Source: a virus (lineage: Duplodnaviria; Caudoviricetes). Taken from it: 59,209 bases of DNA. The DNA is taken from positions 1 to 59,209 of IMG/VR virus record IMGVR_UViG_3300027763_000068; one strand, given 5' to 3'. The notes beneath the pieces are model-generated. The model saw only the letters and a program-made list of their open reading frames with translations, was not told where the DNA came from and did no database searches. This document shows positions 27,696-37,100 of the stretch, one piece after another; within the stretch, counting starts at the first letter, position 1; each line of letters begins with the position of its first letter. The position numbers and the translations under genes are program-made.

Positions 27696-29378
27696 TTAAG
27701 CCTTAATCCAGTTGTCTTGGTCGTCAGACGGCTTATTTTCTATGATTGGGTCTTCATCCATACCTGAAATAAACCCAAAACTAAACCAGTCGTCTTCTTC
27801 TATTTTTTTAATTTCACCTTCAAATAACTCTTTTCTGATGTCAATATTGGTAATTTCTTTAAAATACGGTTGTTTAGTAACCCAAGAAAATAAAACTAAA
27901 CACATAACTAAATCGTCTGTATGCCCATCATCCGCTGAAAAACTGTTCCACTTTGCAATAAACGACAGCAGTTCTTTTATTGTTTCTTCGTCTTGAATTA
28001 ATAGCTTGTCTTGTTCTATCAGGCTCTTCAGTATGGAACATCCTAATTTTTTAACAACAGCAGTAGTTCTAACACCTAATAAGGTTTCGCCTTTACCAAA
28101 CCCACCGTTAAGTACCATGCCACTTCTACCTTTATTCATGCTGGTCAGTAGATTATCGTATTCTAGATCGTAATGCAAAATGTCTGCAACCTGTCCACCA
28201 ATATCATTTACTTCTACCAGCATGTATGCAGTGTTGTATTTTCTACCCAACGCAGCCAATATGGTTGGGTAAAGCATGGGCGATATTATGTTATTTCTGT
28301 ATTTTGCTACTATTCGATACGGAGCCTCAGTGATATCAAACACAACAGCAGCACTGTAATCTTTACCCTGACCTCTAGACGTATCTACAGTTATAACATA
28401 GGCCCTGTTTTGTTTTGGTTCTTCATAAACAGTAAGACCTTCACTTGTTTTAGTTTGTGGAGACTTTGATACCAGAGTGTGAAGTTTAGCGGTAGAAATG
28501 AGTGTGTTGGACGATCCAATAAAATCACAATCGTATTCGCTCTTAAACTTTTGTTCACCACCAGAACCACCACCCAACTGTTTGATGGTTCTTTCTTTCC
28601 ATTTTTGATCACGAAGAGGACCACCCGGATACAAAGGAACTTGGCTCCAATGCACTTCCACTGGAACGTATTCGTTCTTACCTTCTTCTCCGGTCTTTCT
28701 AGACGCTCCCTGCCACAGGTTGTAAAACATGTTTAAACCGTTTGGGGTCGATACTATGATAACTTTAGTGGTTTGACCGGATGTAATAGTTGGATATACC
28801 GAGCTGAAAAACTCATCCGCAATATTGGCTGGAACGTGAGCAAACTCGTCCATGAAGATTACGTTATACGAACCACCACGGACAGCAGAAGCAGAGGTGG
28901 CAGAAGCCAGTACACGAGATCCATTTTCTAACTGAATAGAAGTCTTGTTCCACTCGACAACGCCGTGTTGAAGCCATTTTGGAAGATACTCGTAAGCTTC
29001 TTTCAACCGCTTCATAATTTCCATAGCAGTCTTCATCTTGTTGGCAAGAATTGCTATATTTACGTTTTGATTGAATATAAGATAATGAACCATCCACGCA
29101 ACTGTGGTTGTGGTTTTACCGGTCTGTCGAGGCAGCTTGGCAATAACAAAGCGATTATCTTGGATTGTTCTAACAATATCTTCCTGATAATCATACAACC
29201 CAAAAGACTCAAGACCTTTATCGGTGGTTACAATCTTGATGTATTTTTTAATAAAATACACCGGATCATTAGCACACTTGATATACTCTTCAACTTGTTC
29301 TTTGGTAAATTCAATGGTAACACCAATCTCTTTCAGATTAGGATTACCAAGATAACCTGACTTCTTTTTATACCCCAT
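27696..29378 (-). CDS. gp17: terminase large subunit (T4 gp17)
   Basis: 'YLGNPNLK', 'PRQTGKTT', 'FMDEFAH', 'STPNG', 'DTSRGQGKDYS', 'DDLVM'. Confidence 0.98.
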   Translation of the reverse strand: MGYKKKSGYLGNPNLKEIGVTIEFTKEQVEEYIKCANDPVYFIKKYIKIVTTDKGLESFGLYDYQEDIVRTIQDNRFVIAKLPRQTGKTTTTVAWMVHYLIFNQNVNIAILANKMKTAMEIMKRLKEAYEYLPKWLQHGVVEWNKTSIQLENGSRVLASATSASAVRGGSYNVIFMDEFAHVPANIADEFFSSVYPTITSGQTTKVIIVSTPNGLNMFYNLWQGASRKTGEEGKNEYVPVEVHWSQVPLYPGGPLRDQKWKERTIKQLGGGSGGEQKFKSEYDCDFIGSSNTLISTAKLHTLVSKSPQTKTSEGLTVYEEPKQNRAYVITVDTSRGQGKDYSAAVVFDITEAPYRIVAKYRNNIISPMLYPTILAALGRKYNTAYMLVEVNDIGGQVADILHYDLEYDNLLTSMNKGRSGMVLNGGFGKGETLLGVRTTAVVKKLGCSILKSLIEQDKLLIQDEETIKELLSFIAKWNSFSADDGHTDDLVMCLVLFSWVTKQPYFKEITNIDIRKELFEGEIKKIEEDDWFSFGFISGMDEDPIIENKPSDDQDNWIKA

Positions 29379-29811
29379 CGTCTAAAAATTTCTGGCTGTC
29401 TAGAGCCTTGTTTCTGCTGCGGTCTTTGTTTATTAAATCTTGCAGCTCACTAGTGGAACCAACGTAAATTGAATTGTTGGTGGTGTGGTTAACTTTAATT
29501 TCTTCTTTTTTGATTGCTTTAGACTTTTGATATAGATCAATCAAATCTTTATTCATCTCCGAGACCGTCTTTAATAACTGTCCAAGAACTTCATACGCTC
29601 TTGGTGAATCACCAGCCTTTGCAACTTTAAGGATCTCATCCACTGCACAAGAACCGTTATCAATAAGTCCTTTGATGTTGTCTCGAACATAATTAAAGTC
29701 TACATCTAAACTAGTGCCAGCTATACTAGTTTCAGGCTTTATTATTTTTATAGGTTCGGGCGCATTAAACTCTATTCCTAGAGTTTTTGATATAATATCA
29801 GTAGGTTCCAT
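29368..29811 (-). CDS. gp16: terminase small subunit (T4 gp16)
   Basis: 'DFNYVRDN', 'SPRAYEV', 'NNSIYVGSTSELQ'. Confidence 0.93.
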   Translation of the reverse strand: MEPTDIISKTLGIEFNAPEPIKIIKPETSIAGTSLDVDFNYVRDNIKGLIDNGSCAVDEILKVAKAGDSPRAYEVLGQLLKTVSEMNKDLIDLYQKSKAIKKEEIKVNHTTNNSIYVGSTSELQDLINKDRSRNKALDSQKFLDDGV

Positions 29812-29816
29812 ATAAT

Positions 29817-29824
29817 TATTTATC
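29817..29824 (-). promoter_or_regulatory. late promoter-like GATAAATA before gp16
   Basis: NATAAATA 5 nt upstream of ATG, overlapping gp15 stop. Confidence 0.5.
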
Positions 29825-30503
29825 CAGTTAAACCAAACGAATCATAAGTTATTCCTGATATATTAAAATTCAAAGCTTGATAATTGACAGTATCAATTAC
29901 AGGAATATTACTCTTAATTTCGCCGTAAACGTACGATTTTGCAATAAATTGATAAGAACTAACAATAAACCGTCTTGTGCTAAAATCGCCTTCATATTCT
30001 TGTGTTAGTGTAGTTGTGTTTAAAGAAATTGGAATTTTTACTCCCTGTTGCATAGAATTCATATTTAAAGAAATTACAAACTCTGGTCCAAAATACGGTA
30101 ATATTTGTTCCATTATTTGAAAATTTTCTTCTAAATTTCTTGTAAACACATTAAATCCAAACACAAAATTATACGGCACTTCAGAATAAATATATGTTGC
30201 ATTGCTACCAGAAGTACAAACTTTTTTGTTTGTTTTATTTAATCTTCTTGTTGGATCATAAACAAAACCTAAAAGCTCAAAAGACATTCTAGGTAAAGAA
30301 ATTTCAATACGTGTTTTATCACTTATCGAACTAGGTTCTGTTAAACGCTTAACAAACTTTTCTTTATTGGCGTAAGAAAGAGGAACGGTAAATAATCGTT
30401 CATTATTGTTTTCGTCTTTTTGTTCTAGTTGAATACCGTTAAATAAACTACCAAAACCAATTACTAATTTTCTTATTGAATCGTTTTTAAAATGCGAAAA
30501 CAT
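29820..30503 (-). CDS. gp15: tail sheath stabilizer (T4 gp15)
   Basis: 'IRKLVIGFGSLFN', 'VPLSY', 'LPRMSFE', 'YDPTRRL', 'EQILPYF'. Confidence 0.95.
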   Translation of the reverse strand: MFSHFKNDSIRKLVIGFGSLFNGIQLEQKDENNNERLFTVPLSYANKEKFVKRLTEPSSISDKTRIEISLPRMSFELLGFVYDPTRRLNKTNKKVCTSGSNATYIYSEVPYNFVFGFNVFTRNLEENFQIMEQILPYFGPEFVISLNMNSMQQGVKIPISLNTTTLTQEYEGDFSTRRFIVSSYQFIAKSYVYGEIKSNIPVIDTVNYQALNFNISGITYDSFGLTG

Positions 30504-31435
30504 TAGTAATTACCCTCAGAAAATGGATCTATTTCGCTAAAATTAATTAAATCTAATTTAGCTGCTTCTGTTTCAATTTCATCATTATCTCCTGCCGGAG
30601 TTCTATCTTCACTGTTATTCAACACAATGTTTGTGGTTTGACCTGTATTGCTTAATACGTAACACTCTAAACCGCTGTCTACACCCTTTAAGGTTTCTCC
30701 TGTACTAATAGTTCCTGTTATATTAATCAGTTCTATTATACCTGTCAGACCTGCTGGTTTCATTGCAATAACACCAGAACCGGTTGCGTCTTCTTCCAGA
30801 GCATTATTGCCGGTAAATCCAGCAACTTGATAAACAAATTCTCCTGCATAATAATTAGTTGTAGTTATACCTGTAATATCATTTCCTGTAACAAATTGAT
30901 ATGTGTATTGTCTGCTTTCCGGTTGAACTGCATCGATATCGGTAGTTCCAGTGGTAACTCCTTCTTGATCGTATGTGAACAGTTCACAGGTTAAACGATA
31001 AGAGTATAATTTTCCTAGCTCATAAAAAGGATTTTCATGTTCCACAAAGTTAATTTCAAACAAAGATTTAGAAAGAGGAAAATAAATAAGATCGCCTTCT
31101 CTTGGTCTGGTTATTACAGAAAATCTAGTTTGTATTTCCTGCATGAATCTTTTCTTTGAAACAGTTAAAAATATATTATCTTTAATTTCAATGCCAAATT
31201 TACTGGCAATATCACCTTGTCCTTGAAATCCAGAAACAGAATCAATATACATTTCAATAGGAACTGAATCTTTATAATTAACTCGCTTTCCTTCACCAAA
31301 AATTTTATCTAATTCCACCATATTTCTTGGAATATAGTACATCTCTCTACCCATCGTTTTAATGATTTCGATGGTTAGATCTTCTGTAATATCTTGCTCA
31401 CCAGAATAATCTTTGAAATATGGATTAGTTGCCAT
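30503..31435 (-). CDS. gp14: neck protein (T4 gp14)
   Basis: 'MATNPYF', 'YYIPR', 'SKFG', 'RPREGDLIYFP', 'FVEHENPFY', 'CELF', 'FSEIDPF'. Confidence 0.95.
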   Translation of the reverse strand: MATNPYFKDYSGEQDITEDLTIEIIKTMGREMYYIPRNMVELDKIFGEGKRVNYKDSVPIEMYIDSVSGFQGQGDIASKFGIEIKDNIFLTVSKKRFMQEIQTRFSVITRPREGDLIYFPLSKSLFEINFVEHENPFYELGKLYSYRLTCELFTYDQEGVTTGTTDIDAVQPESRQYTYQFVTGNDITGITTTNYYAGEFVYQVAGFTGNNALEEDATGSGVIAMKPAGLTGIIELINITGTISTGETLKGVDSGLECYVLSNTGQTTNIVLNNSEDRTPAGDNDEIETEAAKLDLINFSEIDPFSEGNY

Positions 31436-31436
31436 T

Positions 31437-32237
31437 TTAACCTGTCATAAAGTTTACTGGTAATTCGTATTCGTTTTGCATTTGTTGTTCAATTGCTGCT
31501 ATTTCATTAATAGCTTCCTGATAAATTTGTCCACCGCGCATCACCACACCACCAGGCAATGCCACACCATCAAATTTAGCCATATTTGCACCCCATTGAC
31601 GCTTGATTAAAGCAGTCAAATATCGTTTAAGGTAACGATCATTGAACATCTCGGTGTATTTTTCTGGATTAAGTGCGGCGTACGCCCAGATACAAATAAA
31701 GTCACCAACTTTTGTTTCTTGGCCCCAATTCATTTCTAAGTACAATCTGTTGGTTACCTTACTGAATACTACAGTTTTTTCTGGTTGAAACATGTCTTGG
31801 ATCAACTGAATATACCGTTTTGTTGAGTCGTATGAAGCAAGACCCATAGAGTTTACACCACTAAGATTTCTGTTAATACCAAAGTAGTCGGTTAGTGCTA
31901 GTTGGTATCGCACATCAAACATGTTGATATTGGTAAATGGACCAAATTGCATTACCTTAATTATAGAAACAATTTCCTTTCCAGTAGGTCCGTCTACTTC
32001 GTTTGGAGAAAGGATGTCTTCAGTATTGATGTATCGGTTATTAATATCGGTTTGAGTTAATTGATATTTAAAAAATACTTTCTCAACACCATCAAAATGG
32101 CGTTCAGTAAAGTATTGCAAAGCGTCATCCAGACGATCTTCTGCTTGTTCCCAATCTACGTTTATATCAATAACCGGTGATCCTAATTGTCTATAAGCGT
32201 ATTCGATTATGGTTTGTCTTGAATTTGGTGCTGCCAT
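31437..32237 (-). CDS. gp13: neck protein (T4 gp13)
   Basis: 'LGSPVIDINV', 'HFDG', 'KRQWGANMAKFDG..LPGG', 'MTG'. Confidence 0.95.
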   Translation of the reverse strand: MAAPNSRQTIIEYAYRQLGSPVIDINVDWEQAEDRLDDALQYFTERHFDGVEKVFFKYQLTQTDINNRYINTEDILSPNEVDGPTGKEIVSIIKVMQFGPFTNINMFDVRYQLALTDYFGINRNLSGVNSMGLASYDSTKRYIQLIQDMFQPEKTVVFSKVTNRLYLEMNWGQETKVGDFICIWAYAALNPEKYTEMFNDRYLKRYLTALIKRQWGANMAKFDGVALPGGVVMRGGQIYQEAINEIAAIEQQMQNEYELPVNFMTG

Positions 32238-32253
32238 TGTACTTCCTTAAAAG

Positions 32254-32261
32254 TATTTATG
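32254..32261 (-). promoter_or_regulatory. late promoter CATAAATA before gp13
   Basis: NATAAATA followed by AAGGAAG RBS. Confidence 0.65.
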
Positions 32262-32273
32262 GCAAATTGAAAT

Positions 32274-32807
32274 TTAAGACTGGGGAGTTGCTGGTGGTTC
32301 TTGCTTGTTTTCTGGAAGAGTTACTGGAATGCCTGCAACTTGATTATAATCAATATTTTCAATGTAATATCGTCTTGTGATTGGTTCATTGGCCTCGTCT
32401 GGCTTGCTTGGTTGATAATTAGTAAATCCAGGCATATTTAAAGGACAATTTAGTTTTGGATAATCTAATTTGCTGTACTCTTCACCGTTAGAAGTCAACC
32501 AAGTCATTGGTTTATCACCACAACCGCAACCACCACAGAAATGCTTTCCGGGAGTAGTGCTTTCCTTTAGGTGCTCACATGGCGGTAATTCGCCACCTAA
32601 ATGTTTATTGCCAAAACAACTAAGTACTCTTAATTGTTTGGTTGCTTTATTTACTTTATGGCCAGCAAGTCCTCGGGAAGTTAAAGCAGTAGCAAAACTT
32701 TGAATCATGCCCATTTTTTGGGACAAAATAGTTTTAGCTTGTTCTGGATTTCCTTCTTGACGAAACTCAGGATTATTTTGATTATTTTTATTGCATCCAC
32801 ATCCCAT
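32274..32807 (-). CDS. Cys-rich putative metal-binding protein
   Basis: 'MGCGCNK', 'C...PPCEHL...FCGGCGCG...CP'; AGGAG RBS. Confidence 0.6.
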   Translation of the reverse strand: MGCGCNKNNQNNPEFRQEGNPEQAKTILSQKMGMIQSFATALTSRGLAGHKVNKATKQLRVLSCFGNKHLGGELPPCEHLKESTTPGKHFCGGCGCGDKPMTWLTSNGEEYSKLDYPKLNCPLNMPGFTNYQPSKPDEANEPITRRYYIENIDYNQVAGIPVTLPENKQEPPATPQS

Positions 32808-32831
32808 AATATAAACTCCTATAATTATATA

Positions 32832-34133
32832 TCATGAATCCAAATAAATTCTTCGGAATAATCTTACACCTATGGTCTTTCCTCTGTACACCATATTTGT
32901 TTTTCCGTAATTTTCTTCAGTATTTGCCATTTGAGCAACCACAAAAGTTTTTCCACTAAACTCCTGAACACCATTTAAAGAGAATACGGTGGAAGTCATG
33001 TACTGTTCTTTAGTTAAACCAAAGAATCCAGAAGTTTCATAACCAAACGAAATATTTTTAAAGTATAGTGCTAGTTCGTCTTGACTGGGAAGATACCAGT
33101 CAGAGAAACCATTAATCTTATACTGTTTAATCTGAGACAACAGTGTATTGTTTTCAGATATTGTTGTGTCGTAAGTGTTGTATAAACCATCGTAACTTGA
33201 TGTTGTTAGTGTACTGGTTGGTTCGTTTTCCACGTTGTACGGAAAATCTGTAAAGTCTGATACACTTGCAATCAGTATCCAAGACTTTTCTTTAGTGCCA
33301 GGACTATTTCCTCTTGCACGATAATTTCCAGCAGTTCCTGTTGTTCTGTTTCCGTATACTTCACTGCCCAACGAATTTACCGGAGATCCTGGTTGAAATA
33401 CTCCAACGTATAAACCACCCTGATATAATGATCCTACTGCTGGTAACGTTTCTATAGGATTTGTGGAAGATATTATGGTGCTTAAAGAAGCTCTGGCTGG
33501 AGTTTTTGCTCCACTGAGTCCTGCAAAATAAACACCAGAACATGGATTAAGATCTAAACACGATTGAATAGTTTTATTTGGAGCCGACCAATAACCAAAA
33601 CAATTTTTCTTAGATTTTATTGAACAATCAATAGTTCCATCATTGTTTTGTGTACAACAATTTCCTATCGAATTATTTGAGTTATAGCAATTAGTGTAGT
33701 CGTTAGGATTGCAATTATCAGATACATCACTAGCAGAAATATTAACAGAATTGCATTGTATATTACCACCATCAAAAACACAAGTTTCTCCGGGATAGAA
33801 AGAATAACCTAAATTTTCTGCAGCTCCTTGATTTGCATTAATGCAATCTAATTGAGAGTTTACTGCAGTGCATCCTTGAGTGTATAAACCATTGGTTTTA
33901 GTCCAATAACAACAAGCACCCGATACATCACCAATCAATTTACTAACACAAAGTCCAGAGGACGGGCAGTCTGTTCCATCAAAAGCTCCAGATATAAAAT
34001 ATCCGTTTGCCGCATCGCATGCAGCTCTGGTAGAAACACTAGAAAGACCACAACACCAACCGGTAGATAAAGGACCAATTACAGTTGGTGGATTGTATTG
34101 AGCAGAAATTCTTGATCTGAATTGAATTGACAT
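32832..34133 (-). CDS. Cys-rich protein with DUF1566/Lcl-like (C-type lectin fold) C-terminus
   Basis: GWCC/GACC/GNCC repeats; 'YQGGLYVG', 'GFSDWYLPSQDEL', 'YMTST', 'VRLFRRI'; start set to MSIQFRS. Confidence 0.65.
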   Translation of the reverse strand: MSIQFRSRISAQYNPPTVIGPLSTGWCCGLSSVSTRAACDAANGYFISGAFDGTDCPSSGLCVSKLIGDVSGACCYWTKTNGLYTQGCTAVNSQLDCINANQGAAENLGYSFYPGETCVFDGGNIQCNSVNISASDVSDNCNPNDYTNCYNSNNSIGNCCTQNNDGTIDCSIKSKKNCFGYWSAPNKTIQSCLDLNPCSGVYFAGLSGAKTPARASLSTIISSTNPIETLPAVGSLYQGGLYVGVFQPGSPVNSLGSEVYGNRTTGTAGNYRARGNSPGTKEKSWILIASVSDFTDFPYNVENEPTSTLTTSSYDGLYNTYDTTISENNTLLSQIKQYKINGFSDWYLPSQDELALYFKNISFGYETSGFFGLTKEQYMTSTVFSLNGVQEFSGKTFVVAQMANTEENYGKTNMVYRGKTIGVRLFRRIYLDS

Positions 34134-34134
34134 G

Positions 34135-37100
34135 TTAACCGTTCGGTAATGAATCACACAGTACTTGTACTTGTGAGCAGTCTAATGATACTAATGTGCC
34201 GTCTAGTAATTTATTTTTAAATTGGGTTGTAGGAGCAAAACCATAATCTGAATATAATGCATGATTGTACGCAAAAATTTTAGTTATGGTTCTCCACGCT
34301 TCTTGTCCTTGCCAGTCGTATCCAATTAACGTTTTTGCGGTTAATTTAAATACAAATTTGTATATTTTAGTGTCTGCGCCTTTTGCTTTGTACCAGACAG
34401 GAGTATCGATTCCATCAAAATTAAACACAAATCCAAGTATATTTTCTGATGGATTCGTTACATAATCAATGCTATCCTCATACTTATAATCTACACCGGT
34501 AAAATCTGTCTTTAACAACCAAGCCTCAGCTTTAAACTCACTAATAGTTCCACGTTGGCCATTTGCGTTAAAAAGTTTTTCTAAGTTTGGTCGTATATTG
34601 ATGAATACACCTTCTCTGCCACCAGTTGTATCTACTCCTGATGTTACTTTTGGAAGCATGGTACCAAAAGGCATTACAGTTTCGTTTACGTAACCGTCTC
34701 TATTCCAAATAGCATCCACAGAAATGGTAGGAACTCCTTTTAGCGCAGGTCCTGCTGTAATGTGAGCGTTTGCAACCACTCCAAAATATTCTTGAGTATA
34801 TTGTGAATTGTTAGCAAAAGGAAAAGGAAGTGGGTAGTCTGGTGTTCCTGGAACTATCGCTGTAGTAAACTGTTCTCGATTATATTGGTATAATGCAAAT
34901 AATGGATTGTAACCTAAGTCCAACACAACACTACTTTGTTGTGGAATTCTCTCACGCGTGCGTTCATCAATGTAATAACTCATAACACTATACTCTAATT
35001 TATTTGGTTGTGTGGTATTTACTCCATTTATATCTAAAGTTAAACTTTCTCCAAATAAATTAACAGGAATAGGTTGATTTAATATGTCATCACAGTAACA
35101 ATTACTGTAAGAACCGTATTGACCAAACAGTAAACAGCTGTTTGGTGGATAGCAAGACAAATCTGTGCCGGTATCACAATGTCTGCCTCGGAACATCTTG
35201 TCCATAAATTTAAAGTATATGTCTTCTCTGCTTCCAAACTCAGCAAGATTAAATTGGCTATAAACTGGTTTCAGGCAATTAAAAGCTATGTATTTCCACC
35301 ACTCCGATTCCCAAGGCTGAGGAGTAGCTCCTATAGTATCACATGTTTTTCCCCATTGTTCAATTGGAATTTTACAACCATCTTCTGCAGAAATTGTATC
35401 TCGTTGTAAACTGTATTTTGTTTTACCACCAACTGTAGTTTTAATCAAATCAGATTCTTTTAACTCACCAAGAAGATACAAAGACCAATCCGGACAAGGA
35501 GATCCAGTAAGAATATCAGGTTGTCCTTCCACTTCTTTACACACACAATTAGTATCATCCCCCCAGGTTTTGTTCTTCTTATAATAATAAGAAAATCCAA
35601 TAGGTGTATCAGTAGAAAATAAATTATCAGAACACGATAAAGTGGTGTCTATACTCTTATCTGAATTATTGAATACAACACGAGATATATTTAAATTGTA
35701 ACCTGCCCAACAGTGTTCTGCAGTAAAACCAGAAAGACATGCTGAACATAGTGCACCAAATACACCACAATAATCTGGTTGTCCACATTCACTGGCTCTT
35801 TGCATGGATCCGCCAAGTTTATTCATCCAAAGTAAGTATTTTACAGTTTTGCCTGCAGGAGCATTAAATCCTAAATTTAAAATTTCCCCACCATTTGCTA
35901 GTGAACCAAACACTATATTTCCAGCACAACAGCTGAGTTCGCTTGCATTTATTGTGACTTTTTTGTTTACTTTTGCGGGATTAAACGCCATCAAAGCGTT
36001 ATCACTACCAGCATTAATATCTGTTTGATTTAAAATAGCAGTTTGTAAATCATTTAAAATTTGTTTTTGTTGATCTTGTTTTATTCCGCGACTTGCAATA
36101 GCAAGCGGTGCTTGTATAAAATCTATTTGTGAAAAATAAGGGTCTAACACATATCCGGTGCATCCACCAATAGATGCAAATACCTTTGAAAGACCTTTGC
36201 AGGAAAATGTTGCTGGATTTTTTTGATTAAAACATCCAACAGATCGTGTTTTTATTTCTTGTAAATAGTTCCATTGAACCGGATCACAACCGGAAGCGCA
36301 TGTTGTTGGGCGATTACCTTGCCAAACACCAACCCCGTATTCTGCGTGAACACATTCGTCTGATGCTTTATCAGAATCTTTACAATCCCAAACTTCTTCT
36401 ATTGGTCCATATGTTATACAATCAATATTAACATTCCAACCACAAGATCCGTTTTTAGACACACAGAAATTAACTAATCCCTTTTGTGTTTTTACAGGAG
36501 GATATTCTAAATATGAACCATAATCTTTAGCACAATCCATACACAATCTGTTTATAGTAAATTGTGATTGTACTTTAAATTGATCGGTCGGACTGCCACC
36601 TTGACAAGTATTACACCCATCTATAGGTACAGGAGGTTTAGATACTACATAAAAATTTATATTTTGTGAAAATTTAGTATTAAGTAGTGTATCTAATAGT
36701 ACTGCGTTTATAGTATTTTTAATACCATTTTTTCTACCAAATTCATCGTATGTGGTACTAATTTTTATGGTTACTGTAGCACCATTTGGTAGCAAACCAC
36801 CAGTATAACTAGAACCATTATATGTTTGTGTTATAGTAAACACATGGCCTAGTGTATTTGTGTGTGTGCTTGGCAGCTGTAATCTAACACCAGCAGGATC
36901 TGTAGTGCTTACTGTTATTTTGAATTGTGTTTCTTGTGGGGTGCTATCAGGAAGAATGATATCGGTTACAGGAGAACCATCAGCATTTAATATTGTAAAG
37001 CTGTAAGTGTACACAGGAATAACACAGGGTGGCACAGCGTCCGAGCAGTGCTTAGTGCTATTCCAAGTTCCGGTACAATTAGACCGAATAGTTTCTGTAC

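Noticed and set aside
27696-29378. Intein, intron or homing endonuclease in terminase or other core genes
   Set aside because: Lengths match uninterrupted homologues; no splicing or LAGLIDADG/HNH motifs seen
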